Below the pieces are notes generated by a model. It did not search any database. It was not told the origin of the DNA and saw only the letters and a program-made list of their open reading frames with translations. Below are positions 1 through 11,015 of a stretch of DNA of 64,000 bases, one piece after another. The DNA comes from a bacterium (GTDB lineage Bacteria; UBA8248): the NCBI GenBank assembly GCA_965200245.1, contig CBDATS010000004.1:1344001-1408000 (forward strand), written 5' to 3'. The stretch's first letter is position 1; the number at the start of each line of letters is the position of its first letter. The position numbers and the translations under genes were made by a program.

Positions 1-795
1 GTGAAATCTTACGACACCCGCTGGATGTGCGAACTCATCAAGCCCTACATCAAGAGCGACGGCATTTTCGTCGGTGCCCAGAACAGCATGAACAACGACA
101 TGATCGCATCCGTCATCGGGCGCGAACGCGTGGTGGGTTGCTGCGTGGAACTGTCGGCGGAGATATTCACGCCCGGCTTCATCCAACGGAACACCCCGCG
201 CAAGGGCACCTGGTTCGCCGTGGGTGAACTGGACGGCCCTGTCACCCCGCGCGCAGAGAAGGTCCGCGACATCTTCGCCAAAGTCGGCGTTACCGAGCTG
301 AGCACGAACATCGAGGGCACCAAGTGGACGAAGCTCATCGCCAACTGCATGACGATGGGACCCTTCGGACTGCTGGGCCTCAGGAACGCAGAGACCCGCG
401 AGCTTCCGGGCGTCATCGAGCTCTCGGTCGGGCTCGGGAAAGAGGCAATGTCGGTGGGCGAGGCGCTGGGCTACGGAGTGGAACCGGTGTTCGGCCTCTC
501 TTCGGATGATTTCGCGGGGTCGGACGATCAGGTGCTCATAACGGCCATGAAGACGCTGCTCGGCCACGTGGGGCCCCGCTCGCGCACCGCGCCGATTCAG
601 GACCACATCAAGGGGCGGAAGAGCGAGATGGAATACATCAACGGTCTCGTCTCGCACCGGGCGAGAGAACTCGGCATCCCCACCCCCTACAACGACGCAG
701 TGACCGAGATCGCACGGATGATCGACGACGGCGAAATCGAGATGGGCCGATCGAACTACGAACTTCTTCAGGCAAAAGTCGCTGAATTCGTCTAG
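1..795 (+). CDS. Ketopantoate reductase (ApbA/PanE) family oxidoreductase, 5' partial
   Basis: KSYDT, AQNSM, KWTKLIAN and QDHIKGRKSEMEYING motifs; ORF runs off the left edge. Confidence 0.8.
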   Translation: MKSYDTRWMCELIKPYIKSDGIFVGAQNSMNNDMIASVIGRERVVGCCVELSAEIFTPGFIQRNTPRKGTWFAVGELDGPVTPRAEKVRDIFAKVGVTELSTNIEGTKWTKLIANCMTMGPFGLLGLRNAETRELPGVIELSVGLGKEAMSVGEALGYGVEPVFGLSSDDFAGSDDQVLITAMKTLLGHVGPRSRTAPIQDHIKGRKSEMEYINGLVSHRARELGIPTPYNDAVTEIARMIDDGEIEMGRSNYELLQAKVAEFV

Positions 796-805
796 GGTGC
801 CCGCC

Positions 806-1213
806 ATGCCCTTTTTTCGCTGGGACGACATGAAAAAGCGCAACATCGTCTCGACCACGGATTCGCGTGGCAGCATGATTCCGGGTACATTCACTACCCT
901 GACACGCTAGGAGCAGCCGCCCGGAATGGCGACCCGTCCGCATAGCCACGGCTGCGAGCAGATGATCCACGTTCTGGAAGGCGTCGGCTGGTTCCGCGTC
1001 GGAGAGGAGGAGAAAACCCTGGGTGCTGGCGAGGTGGTCCACATACCCGTGGGAGTGGAGCATGAACTCAGAAATCCGGGGCCGGACGTTTTCGTCTATC
1101 TTTCCTTCAAAAACCGATCGGAAGACTGGCCGCCGAAAGAAGCGCTCACCGACGGAGAATATGCCGCGCAACCGGACCGAATGAAAAATTCCATTGGGAG
1201 ACAACAGCGATGA
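806..1213 (+). pseudogene. Cupin-domain protein interrupted by in-frame TAG (908-910)
   Basis: ATG 806 (MPFFRWDDMKKR...TLTR*EQPPGMATRPHSHGCEQ) is in frame with ORF 926-1213; HSH..EQ and GEVVHIPVGVEH cupin motifs. Confidence 0.7.
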
Positions 1214-2364
1214 TTGATCCTTTCCGCATGTGTGCCGTGCCGCGCGTGCGCTTCGGCAGAGGCGAGGCTGCCTTCATCGGCGCCGAAGCGAAGGGACTGG
1301 ACATGACGCGTCCCATGCTGCTCGCGGATCCCGGTCTTTCGGGCGCAGGTGTGCTCGATCCCGTGACGGAAGGCCTCGATGCGGCGGGTGTCCCATACCG
1401 TCCCTATGAAGATGTGGAATCCAACCCATCGGATCCGAGTATCACGCGCGCCCAGGCGTTTTATGAAGCGAACGAATGTTCCGGCATCATCGCCGTGGGC
1501 GGGGGAAGCGCCATCGATACCGCCAAGGCGATAGGGGCACTTCTCACAAACGGCGGAAAGATAAGCGACTATTACGGGGCGGGCACGGTGGAAAAATCCA
1601 TTCCACCATTCATCACTGTCCCGACCACGGCGGGCACGGGCAGCGAGGTGACGCGCGCCTCCATCATCACCGACATCGAACGCGGAACCAAGTCGAGCAT
1701 CCACAGCGACGCGCTCTACGCCGATGTGGCGGTGGTGGATTCCTCCCTTCTTGCGACGCTTCCGAAATTCTTCGCCGCCGGCGCGTTGATGGACGCACTC
1801 ACCCACGCGGTGGAATCTCTCGGTTCCCCGCGCGCGAACCCCTGGTCGCAGGCGCTCTGTTTTCAGGCCATCGGCCTGATCGGCCGGAACGCGCGTCGTT
1901 TCGTCGCCGATCCCGCAGACCCCGACGCCTCCGACCCTCTGGCACTGGCGGCGTGTCTTGCCGGCGCTTCCTTTACGAATACGGGGCTCGGCATCGTGCA
2001 CGGCCTCACGCACCCGGTCTTCAACTTCTTCGGCGGCCACCACGGAACCACGAACGGAATACTCCTGGCCCCCGTGATGCGCTTTAACCTGCCCGCCATG
2101 CGCGATTCCTACGCCCGGCTGGCCCCGTTGCTGGTGAATCCTGACGAGGGAGCAGACGATACACAGGATGCGGAACTCGCCATCGAGCGCGTCCGTGCCC
2201 TGGCGAACGACATCGATATCCCCGATTCGCTCGCGGCCATCGGCGCCAGGGAGGAATATCTCGACCGCATGGCACATGAGGCGGCCGCCAGTTCCACGGT
2301 AGTGACGAACCCCGCGCCCGCCGATGCGGAAGACATGAAGCGGATTTATCTGGAACTGCTGTAG
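1210..2364 (+). CDS. Iron-containing alcohol dehydrogenase
   Basis: GGGSAIDTAK, PTTAGTGSE, DALTHAVES and HGLTH..HG metal ligands. Confidence 0.92.
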   Translation: MIDPFRMCAVPRVRFGRGEAAFIGAEAKGLDMTRPMLLADPGLSGAGVLDPVTEGLDAAGVPYRPYEDVESNPSDPSITRAQAFYEANECSGIIAVGGGSAIDTAKAIGALLTNGGKISDYYGAGTVEKSIPPFITVPTTAGTGSEVTRASIITDIERGTKSSIHSDALYADVAVVDSSLLATLPKFFAAGALMDALTHAVESLGSPRANPWSQALCFQAIGLIGRNARRFVADPADPDASDPLALAACLAGASFTNTGLGIVHGLTHPVFNFFGGHHGTTNGILLAPVMRFNLPAMRDSYARLAPLLVNPDEGADDTQDAELAIERVRALANDIDIPDSLAAIGAREEYLDRMAHEAAASSTVVTNPAPADAEDMKRIYLELL

Positions 2365-2377
2365 GCTTTTTTGCGGT

Positions 2378-2998
2378 TCATGGAACCCAGCGACGCGCTT
2401 CTTCCCGGATCGCCTGCGCTTTTTCGGTTCCTTCCATCACCAGGTTCCCGGACGGCGGGCTGCCGCTGAATTTCTCGTTGCGCCAACAGTGATAGCGAAG
2501 TGCCCTGGGGTATGGTGTCAGGTCCATCGCCTCGAAGTAGGAAGCTGGTACCTCACCCGGCTTGTGGGGGTCCATGCGGTCTTTCTCGTAAATCATCGTG
2601 CGCTTGATGACGCGCCAGCGCCCGTCCCTGCGCTCGAACAGATCCACCACACTGCTCCACGTCGAGAAATCGAAATCGTAGCCGTCCATCGTCCTGCGCT
2701 GGTGCAGGGTGAGGTAATACTCGCAGACGCCCCGCTCGCCGTTCACGCGGACGCGCACGTTGCCCGCAATGTGTTTCTGGGAGTCGTCGGGGTGATGGCC
2801 GTGCATCATATCCCTCGATTCGGTGATGAACGCATGCGCGTTGCCCATGAACCATGACGTGGTGATGTCTGCATCCGGGTGGAAGCAATCCAGCAGTCCA
2901 TCCCAATCGCCCGTATCCCGGCAGATGTGGGAGAACATGGATGTCTCCATCATTTCAAGCTTGTCCGCCGCCGCGCGCAGCCTTGCATCATCGTTCAT
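2378..2998 (-). CDS. SnoaL-like / NTF2-family protein
   Basis: RDTGDWDGLLDCFHPDA and DLFERRDGRWRVIKRTMIYEKDR. Confidence 0.8.
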   Translation of the reverse strand: MNDDARLRAAADKLEMMETSMFSHICRDTGDWDGLLDCFHPDADITTSWFMGNAHAFITESRDMMHGHHPDDSQKHIAGNVRVRVNGERGVCEYYLTLHQRRTMDGYDFDFSTWSSVVDLFERRDGRWRVIKRTMIYEKDRMDPHKPGEVPASYFEAMDLTPYPRALRYHCWRNEKFSGSPPSGNLVMEGTEKAQAIREEARRWVP

Positions 2999-3059
2999 CC
3001 AATCCTCTCCTCTCGCGGGTATCGCTCGACGTTCGTTGTTTTTCTTCCCTGTATCGCGC

Positions 3060-4847
3060 CTATAGAACAGTTCGCGCGCCGATGGCCGGCTCTCCGTGCC
3101 CGAGGCCGGGCAGTTCCCATACGCCGGAGCCTGCCGGGTTCTGTTCTCCCTGGATGTTCGCGTCGATCACGTAGGGACGCCCGGCCTTCACCGCCTCATC
3201 CACCGCCTCACTCAAATCGGCTGCCTTGTCCACCCGCACGCCCGGTATGCCCGCAGATTCGGCCATGGCGGCGAAATCGGGGTTGTAGGGCCTGGCGGAA
3301 GCGTGTTCCTGGAAATCTGTGGCCAGTTCCCGGCCATCCAGATAGCCCCGCTGAAGTCCCCGGATGGAGGCAAAGGCGTAGTTGTTCCAGACGACCCAGA
3401 CGGCGGGGATGTCGTATTCCACCGCCGTCATGATTGCACTCGGGTGCATGGCGAAAGCACCGTCTCCACACACTGCGACGCAGGGTCTCTGCGGGGCGGC
3501 CAGCCTGGCCCCAAGCACGCCCGCCACGCCGAAGCCCATCGCGCCGTATCCCATGGAACCGATGAGCGATTGCGGCCCCCTGGGGCGGCAATACTGAATC
3601 AGCCAGTTGTGGTGAATGCCGACATCGCTGATGAGGATGGCGTCATCGGGCAAAGCCCTGTCGATTTCATGTGCCGCCCGCTGGGGATGGATGGGTTCGG
3701 TGTCATCGCGGTAGCCGGGAGCCGTGAACTCCTCCCATTCGTTTCGCCAGTTGTCGATATTGCGAAGCCAGTCTGTCCGCGTCGCAGGGATTTCAGCACC
3801 CTGATCGCTGCCGAGCGCTTCGTTCAGCTGATCGAGAAACACGTCCACATCCGCCATGAGGCCCAGTGTCACCGGGTAGTTCCGCGCGATCTCCTCGGGA
3901 TCGATATCCACATGGATCAGCCTGGTGGGCGGGATGTTGAATGAATAGCCGGGCAGCCAACTGCTCGAAGTGCGATCATCGAATCGGACGCCGAGCGCAA
4001 GCAAAACGTCCGCCTGGCGCGCGGCGTGGTTCGCCGGATAGGTACCGTTTCTGGCGATGAGCCCCAGGGCCAGGGGATGATTCGCGTCGATGGCCCCCAT
4101 CCCGCTCGATGAACACGCCACCGGGATCTGAAGCCTTTCGGCGAGCGCGACCATCTTCGCGGCGGCACCTGCGTATTTCACGCCCTGACCCACCAGAATC
4201 ACGGGTCGCCCGGCGGAGGAGAGCATCTGCGCTGCCTTTTTCACTCCTTCGGGATCGGCCCCGCAACGGCAGGATATGTTCGCGTTCCACTCCGAGGCCT
4301 GCGGCATGTCGACCTCGGCCTCTTCCTTGAAAATGTCGAAAGGCACGTCGAGTACGACGGGGCCGCGCCTGCCTGTCATCATCGTCTTCCACGCCTGGCG
4401 CGTGAACTGGGGTACCATCTCCGCCCGGGTGGGCTGGTACACCCGCTTGCAATAAGCCTGAACGGTCGAGGGGAAATCCGCCTGGTAGTGGCGGTAGGTT
4501 TCCTGGAAAGCACCCCGGTTGAACTGGTTGGTGGGAATGTTGCCCGTTACGGCGAGAAAGGGCACGGAATCAAAAAAGGCGTTGGCCAGGGAAATCGGCA
4601 TGTTGGCTGAACCCGGCCCGCAGGAGGTGAACGTCGCTACCGGCTTGCCCGACACCCGGTAATACACGTCGGCCATGAAACCGGAGAGCGACTCGTGGCG
4701 CACCGAGAGTGTCTTGATCTCGTCTGCGCGTTCGTAAAGCGCGTCCAGAAAGCTGATGTTCCCGTGGCCGCACAGGCCGAAGATATAGGGAACATTTTCC
4801 TGAATCAGATAGTCGACGATGATTTGGCCACCATTCATGCGTGTCAA
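3060..4847 (-). CDS. Thiamine diphosphate-dependent enzyme (acetolactate synthase/IolD-like superfamily)
   Basis: RHE catalytic Glu, CGPGSAN, GDGAF...NN ThDP motif; N-terminal GLCGHGN. Confidence 0.9.
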   Translation of the reverse strand: MTRMNGGQIIVDYLIQENVPYIFGLCGHGNISFLDALYERADEIKTLSVRHESLSGFMADVYYRVSGKPVATFTSCGPGSANMPISLANAFFDSVPFLAVTGNIPTNQFNRGAFQETYRHYQADFPSTVQAYCKRVYQPTRAEMVPQFTRQAWKTMMTGRRGPVVLDVPFDIFKEEAEVDMPQASEWNANISCRCGADPEGVKKAAQMLSSAGRPVILVGQGVKYAGAAAKMVALAERLQIPVACSSSGMGAIDANHPLALGLIARNGTYPANHAARQADVLLALGVRFDDRTSSSWLPGYSFNIPPTRLIHVDIDPEEIARNYPVTLGLMADVDVFLDQLNEALGSDQGAEIPATRTDWLRNIDNWRNEWEEFTAPGYRDDTEPIHPQRAAHEIDRALPDDAILISDVGIHHNWLIQYCRPRGPQSLIGSMGYGAMGFGVAGVLGARLAAPQRPCVAVCGDGAFAMHPSAIMTAVEYDIPAVWVVWNNYAFASIRGLQRGYLDGRELATDFQEHASARPYNPDFAAMAESAGIPGVRVDKAADLSEAVDEAVKAGRPYVIDANIQGEQNPAGSGVWELPGLGHGEPAIGARTVL

Positions 4848-5062
4848 AATACGGCTCCTTGTAAGATATATTCGGGAGTTATACGATAAGACTTTAGGAA
4901 TTCACATGAACCCTGTCAATTTGGCGCGAACGTATGTCTCGGGCGCAGGGATTTCTGCAGTTCGAATTCTCGGTTACCACCGTATTTCGATATTGATGAT
5001 CGAAGCGTCGTTTTCCCTGACGGGAGTTTTCATCCCTTTCATTCTTCGAGGAGAGCAAAATC

Positions 5063-6052
5063 ATGACTGGAATCAGATGGACATCACTTCTGGGCGCGGT
5101 GGCATTTCTGTTTGCCGCGCAGTTCGGCGCAGTGTTGCCGGAAGCATCGGCCCAGCAACGCATCACCATGAAGGGTGGCCAGATTCGCGGCGCCTACAAC
5201 AGATGGGCCAGCGCATACGCCGTATACCTGACGAAAGAGCTCAAGGGTGTGCAGGTTTCTTCCGAATCCTCCACCGGCTCTTCCGAGAACGTGCGCGCGG
5301 TCAACTCAGGCTCCGTGGAAATCGCCCTGACGTTTTCGAGCGACGCCTTCCTGGGCTATCGGGGCAAGATGCATTTCAGGAAACCCCAGACGAACATGCG
5401 AACCATGACGTATCTTTTCGGTTCAGTCGGCCACCTGCTCGTGCCTGCGAACAGCGACGTCAGGAAAATTGAGGATTTGAAGGGAAAGACCATCTCGATG
5501 GGCGGCCCGGGATCGGGCTCTGCGAAGAACCTCACCGCACTCCTCAAGCATCTGGGAATCTGGGGCACGTTCAAGCCCGTTTACCTGGGCCGCAAAAGCC
5601 CCGAGGCCTTGCGAAACGGAAAGATCGCCGGATACAACTGGCACCCGGGTATCGGCAACGCGATGATTCGCGATACCGCCACCATGATGAAGCTCCGCTT
5701 CATCAACATGGACGCCCCGGCCCGAAAGTCCGGGTTCTATAAAAAATTCCCGTTCTTCGGCCCCACGGTAATTCCGGCGGGCGTCTACCCGAACGTGAAC
5801 GTGGACACTCCCACCTTCGGTACCGGCACCGTCATGATCGCGGGAAGTCAGGTTTCTGCCGATCTGGTTTACAACATCATGAAAGCCATGTAATCCGAAA
5901 AAGGACGCAAATACATTCTCTCCGCTGCTGGGAAGGTGGCGAAGGAACTTTCGCTCAAAAACGGTCTCAAGCTCATCAACGCGCCGCTTCACAAAGGGGC
6001 GATCCGGTTCTGGAAAGAAGCGGGCAAGAAGATTCCGAAAGAATTGATGTAG
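5063..6052 (+). pseudogene. TAXI family TRAP solute-binding protein with premature TAA (5891-5893)
   Basis: Signal peptide, STGSSENV, GGPGSGS; the same frame continues past TAA to PLHKGAIRFWKEAG and TAG 6050-6052 (329 aa restored). Confidence 0.85.
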
Positions 6053-6073
6053 CCTCTTTGAAGTGAAGAGAAT

Positions 6074-6113
6074 GAAACCTTTCACGCGGGGTTTTCCCCG
6101 CGTGAAAGGTTTC
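6074..6113 (+). terminator. Perfect 18-bp stem-loop between solute-binding and permease genes (mRNA stabiliser/attenuator)
   Basis: GAAACCTTTCACGCGGGG-TTTT-CCCCGCGTGAAAGGTTTC. Confidence 0.65.
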
Positions 6114-6124
6114 CGGAGGTCGCC

Positions 6125-8266
6125 ATGGGCGCAAGCGACGATGTCCAGGTCGCGACCGAGCTGAGCGGAAGCCGCGCCTCGGAACTGCGGGGCGCATGGA
6201 AGCATTTCCACCAAGCCGTCTGCGTCGCCTTCGCACTGTTCGCCCTTTGGGCGGCGGGGCCTGGAATTCCCGAAGACAATCTGCACCTGGGCATTTTCAC
6301 TCTTGTCATGTGGGTCATGAGTTTCCTCGTCTATCCAGGGGGCAGGGAAACAGCCTGGAAACCGCCCGATATACCCGATTGGGGAGTAGCGCTCGGATTG
6401 GTGGCGCTGCTCGCCACAGCGATATATCGAGCGGAAGGCGTTTCGGAAGAAGGCGCGCTGGCGACGGACTGGGCTGTGTGGGCTGGTTGCATCGTCCTCG
6501 GCGGACTCTCGCTCGTGCGTCCTGGAGCACTGAATCTCGCACTGATGGGGCTGACCTGTCTTTGTCTTGGCTATTTCGTATCCAACTACCTGGAGCTTCA
6601 GGACAGAACGGGAGCCTGGCATCAGACGGACTTCTGGATGGCGTTCGTGGCCATCGTACTCGCCCTCGAGGCGGCGAGGCGCGGGCTGGGGCTATGGATT
6701 CCGGCCATTGCTGTCATCGCGTTGCTGTTCGCCCATTTCGGCGCATATGCGCCCGGTCAACTTGCCCATCGAGGTTCCACGGTTCATCAAATCGTAAACT
6801 ACACTTTCTGCTCCCAGGAAGGGATCTTCGGGGTCATGACTTCCGTCATGGCCAGTTACGTCTTGATATTCATCTATCTGGGCGCGTTCATGAATCAGTC
6901 GGGAATGGGCAGATTCTTCATCGAAATGCCTATGGCGCTCGCCGGTCGAACGGTGGGCGGACCCGCCAAGGTGGCGGTCATCGCATCCTCCATATTCGGC
7001 TCGATATCGGGGAGCAGCATCGCGAACATCGTCTCGACGGGCACCTTCACCATACCCCTGATGAAAAAGGTGGGCTTCCGCCCCCACGTGGCGGGAGCGG
7101 TGGAAAACAGCGCTTCTCTGGGCGGTCAGCTGCTGCCCCCCGTGATGGGTTCCGGCGCGTTCGTGATGGCGGAGATAACGGGCGTGCCCTACGTCCGGAT
7201 CATGGCCATCGCCGTGGTACCCGCGTTGCTCTATCTCCTGTCGATCAGCGCTATCGTTCACTTCGAAGCGAAACGACGGGGGATCCAGGGAATCGCCGGG
7301 GATGAACTTCCCGAACCGAAAGAGGTTTTCGCATCCGGCTGGTTCCATCTTTTGCCGCTGGCAATTCTTCTGGCTTTCCTGATCGCCGGTTATTCTCCGG
7401 ACTGGTGCGCTGTCATGGCCATCTTTTCCATCCTGGTGATCAATTGGATTCGCATGGGGTTGGCGCGGTTTTTTCCGAAACGGTTTCCGGGGTCCATAGA
7501 GCGGCTGAACATGCAAGGCGTATTCAACGCCATGGTGGAGGGTACCCGGAATTCTCTCGTCGTAGGCTCGGCAGCCGCCGCAGTGGGAATCATCGTCGGA
7601 ATGGTGGCGCTCACAGGTCTCGGACTGAAGATGAGCTACCTGCTCGTGGCGCTATCGGGCGGCAGCCTCCTGTTCGCCCTGTTTCTGGTGGCGGTGGCAT
7701 CCCTTGTCCTGGGCATGGCGCTGCCGATTACCGCCTCTTACCTCGTATTGGCCGTTCTCGCAGGACCCGCCCTTGAAAATCTGGGCGTTCCCCTCATCGC
7801 CGCGCACATGATCGTCTTCTGGCTGAGCTAGGACTCGAACATCACGCCGCCGGTATGTCTTGGGGCATACGTCGCTGCTTCCATCGCCTCGGCGGACCCC
7901 TGGAAGACGGGCTGGGCCAGTTTTCGGTTCGCCAAAATGCTCTACGTGATGCCTCTTCTGTTTGCCTACACACCCATACTATTGACCGGATCGGTGCCGC
8001 TCACGATCTGGACGATGGGGGCGGCCCTGTTCGGCGTCATTGCGTTTTCCGCATGGACGGTGGGCTTTTTGGGGAGGAAGACCTCTCCGATCGAATGGCT
8101 GCTTTTGGGTTCTGCCGCCCTGTTTTGCTTTCTGCCGGCAAAATTTCAACTGCCAGGGGGTTTCTCCGCATACTTCGCAAACGTGGCGGGAGTTGTTCTT
8201 CTGTTCTCAATCCATGCCTGGCAAAAATGGTGTGCACCGGGGAAAGCCCCCGAACTACCAGCCTAG
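6125..8266 (+). pseudogene. TRAP transporter fused 4TM/12TM permease with premature TAG (7829-7831)
   Basis: GGPAKVAV, GSISGSSIAN, GGQLLPPVMG; AHMIVFWLS*DSNITPPVC continues in frame into ORF 7937-8266 (713 aa restored). Confidence 0.88.
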
Positions 8267-9157
8267 CGGTTCGTCCTCGAAAATCCCGAGCGATTCGAGC
8301 GTCTTTTGCGTGCAGGCCCTGGCGTCGTCGTCCAGAGGGAGAATGGGTTTTCGCGTCTCGCCCACGGGCCTGCACATGAGATCCATCGCGTATTTCACCG
8401 TCGCGGGGTAGTTCGTCTGCAACAGGTGCAAAAGGATGTCCATTCTATATTGCAAGGTCCGCGCTTTTTCATGATCTCCCGAGACGCAGGCATCATAAAG
8501 GGAGAGAACCATCCTGGGGGCGACTTCCCCGCAGTTGGAAAACGACCCCGAACCGCCGACGGGAATCGACGTGAGAAGCCATTCGATTCCGGTGAACACG
8601 GAAAAATCCATCCTTGCGGCCGAGGCGATGCGGCACGCGCCCGTAAAGAAATTCATGTCGAAGCTCGCGTCTTTCAGGGCGTGGAAGTTCGGGAGTTTTT
8701 CGAGCATCTCTTCCAGCATCCTGTGGGATATCGACACCTGAAGTCTCGGGTTGTTATAGGCGATCAACATGCTATCCACGCACCTTCCCATCGTGAGGAA
8801 ATAATCCAGATGGGCTTCTTCCTCGGGCGCCCAGTGGTAGGGTGAGAGCACGACGATTCCCGTCGCTCCCGCCGCCTCTGCATGTCTCGCCAGGCCGATG
8901 GAATTATCCGGTCCTGAAGCGGTCACGTTCACGAACACGGGTACGCGACCTGCCGCAGCGTCCACCAGAAGACGCGCCAGTTCCTTTCGTTCACTTTCAT
9001 TCAGGTTCAGGGACTCGCCGATGTGCATGGGATGGGCGATGAAAGGAAATCCCTGTTCGATCAGAAAATCGACTTGTTTCGCGAAGGTATCGTAATCAAC
9101 GCCGCCGGCGGGATGGAACGCCGTCGTGGGTGCTCCCATGATGCCCTTGAGCTTCAT
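8255..9157 (-). CDS. Dihydrodipicolinate synthase (DapA)-family class I aldolase/lyase
   Basis: AYNNP, LKDAS Schiff-base Lys, ATVKYAM; atypical PMHIGE motif. Confidence 0.85.
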   Translation of the reverse strand: MKLKGIMGAPTTAFHPAGGVDYDTFAKQVDFLIEQGFPFIAHPMHIGESLNLNESERKELARLLVDAAAGRVPVFVNVTASGPDNSIGLARHAEAAGATGIVVLSPYHWAPEEEAHLDYFLTMGRCVDSMLIAYNNPRLQVSISHRMLEEMLEKLPNFHALKDASFDMNFFTGACRIASAARMDFSVFTGIEWLLTSIPVGGSGSFSNCGEVAPRMVLSLYDACVSGDHEKARTLQYRMDILLHLLQTNYPATVKYAMDLMCRPVGETRKPILPLDDDARACTQKTLESLGIFEDEPLGW

Positions 9158-9226
9158 CCGGCCTCCCTCCCTCTGGGTAGTGGATTCCGAATTTCATGCG
9201 CCATAGGCGCCTTCCTGTTTTCAGGT

Positions 9227-10987
9227 CTAGACCGAGAGTTTTTCCATGCTTCCGAGTTTTCTGAAAATAATCGTTCCCAGCAGGAGCAGCGCGGTCTGCA
9301 CGAGAGCGAATGCCGCCACGACGCCCAAAGCCTCGTTTTCCTGCAGGATGTACAGTGCCACCGCCATGGGAGCACTGTCTTCCGTCGCCAGGAGCACGGA
9401 TACCGGCAATTCCCTGATGAACATGATAAACAGCATCAGATAGGCCGCAAAGATGCCCGGCCTCAACAATGGGACCGTGATCTTCCTGATCGTCGCTAGG
9501 AACGAGGAACCGCATATTCTGGCGCTTTCCTCGAGTTCGGAACTCAACGATTGCAGCACCGAAGATATTGTTCTGAGGCCATAGGGCAGATAGCGAGTCA
9601 TATACGCCATCATGAGCAATAGCATGGGCAATGCATAGAGTGGTGTCTTGATCCATGTGATGAGAAAGGCCATGCCCATGATTAGACCCGGCACGCCAAT
9701 GGGCAGGGTGCTCAGGTAATCGACCGCGCCACTGAGCTTCTTGTTCCTGCCCCTGAGAATCACCATGGAGAGGAACGTACACAGGACCACCGTGATGAGT
9801 CCTCCCACAAGCCCGAGGATGAGACTGTTCTTGGTGGCGCGGATGGCGTATTCGTATTCAAACAGAACATACGCCCAGTTGTAGATGGAAAGCTGGCTCC
9901 AGCGGAAGCCGCCCAGCCAGGCGCGGTTGAACGACGCCAGCAGGAGCGCGCCCAGCGGGAGGATGACTGCCAGCAGTATGTACATGAAATTGATGGCCAA
10001 TGCGACGTACTTCCATTTGCCGAGGGAAACCCGGCTTGGACGATAGCCTTTTCCTGTCACGGTCACGTAACTTCTTGGCGCGATAATCTTTCGCTGGATG
10101 TAGAGGCCCAAGGCGGTGAATATCATCAAGACGCTTCCCAGGGCGGCCGCTCCGCCGATGTCCAGGGGATATTCTTCCATTTTCGTATAGATGATTGTCG
10201 AGAGCGTCGATATTCTCGCGATCGGACCCAATAGACTGGGTACACCGAAGACACCCATGCTCACCACGAAAACAATGACTGCCCCTGAGAGCATGGCGGG
10301 CGTGGAAAGCGGAATCGTTATCCTCAGGGCCGTGCGCAAAACGCCGGTCCCGCAAACCCGCGCGGATTCCTCGAGAGCGGGATCCATCCGATTCAGGGAA
10401 CCTATGGTGAAGAGGTACATGTAAGGCGTATAAAACAGCGCCATCACCATGATGATCCCGCCCATTGAATAGATGTTGAAAGGCGGGGCCGACAATCCGA
10501 AGAGATCGATCATCCAGCGATTCAATATGCCCGTCCTCGGGGCGGCCAGTGCCCACCAGGCCACAGCCCCCAGAAACGAGGACAGGAAGAAGGGAGTCAG
10601 GGTCAACGCTTCCAGAGGTCCCCGGAAAGGCATATCGGTGCGGGCATGGAACCAGGCAAGCGAAACGCCTGTCAGGCAAGAAAAAATTGACGTTCCGAGC
10701 GCAATGATCAAGGTGTTCAGCGAAGCGTCGAACACCTCGGAGGTAGAGAAAGTCTTCGTGAAGTTCGTGAGCGTAAATATGGATTTCCCGGCTTCGGGGT
10801 GGGTCACGAACGCGCTGTATATAAACACCGATACGGGCAGGATCGCCAGAACGGTAAGCAGGCCCAGCGAACCGAGTTTCAGTGAATTTTCAGAGTTGAA
10901 GAACCACCCTGCAAGGGAGGAGGCCGCAGCGGGGGAGCCTGCTCCGGCGCCACGGACCTCCATCCCCGATTTCGGTGCGTTGCTCAA
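9227..10987 (-). CDS. ABC transporter permease (FbpB/AfuB-like, duplicated TM domain)
   Basis: Two EAA loops (LEESARVCG, LEESARICG); YVTVTGKGYRP linker. Confidence 0.9.
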   Translation of the reverse strand: MSNAPKSGMEVRGAGAGSPAAASSLAGWFFNSENSLKLGSLGLLTVLAILPVSVFIYSAFVTHPEAGKSIFTLTNFTKTFSTSEVFDASLNTLIIALGTSIFSCLTGVSLAWFHARTDMPFRGPLEALTLTPFFLSSFLGAVAWWALAAPRTGILNRWMIDLFGLSAPPFNIYSMGGIIMVMALFYTPYMYLFTIGSLNRMDPALEESARVCGTGVLRTALRITIPLSTPAMLSGAVIVFVVSMGVFGVPSLLGPIARISTLSTIIYTKMEEYPLDIGGAAALGSVLMIFTALGLYIQRKIIAPRSYVTVTGKGYRPSRVSLGKWKYVALAINFMYILLAVILPLGALLLASFNRAWLGGFRWSQLSIYNWAYVLFEYEYAIRATKNSLILGLVGGLITVVLCTFLSMVILRGRNKKLSGAVDYLSTLPIGVPGLIMGMAFLITWIKTPLYALPMLLLMMAYMTRYLPYGLRTISSVLQSLSSELEESARICGSSFLATIRKITVPLLRPGIFAAYLMLFIMFIRELPVSVLLATEDSAPMAVALYILQENEALGVVAAFALVQTALLLLGTIIFRKLGSMEKLSV

Positions 10988-11015
10988 TTTCTGATTCTCC
11001 GGGAATTACGTACCA

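Noticed and set aside
1096-2277. Long antisense/overlapping ORFs (also 5423-6622, 25621-27030, 52455-53819)
   Set aside because: Shadow ORFs of well-supported genes in high-GC DNA with no recognisable motifs
806-8266. Genome-wide TAG reassignment suggested by two in-frame ambers
   Set aside because: rplT, rpmI, thrS, clpP and fusA end at TAG at normal lengths, and a TAA lesion occurs in the same cluster
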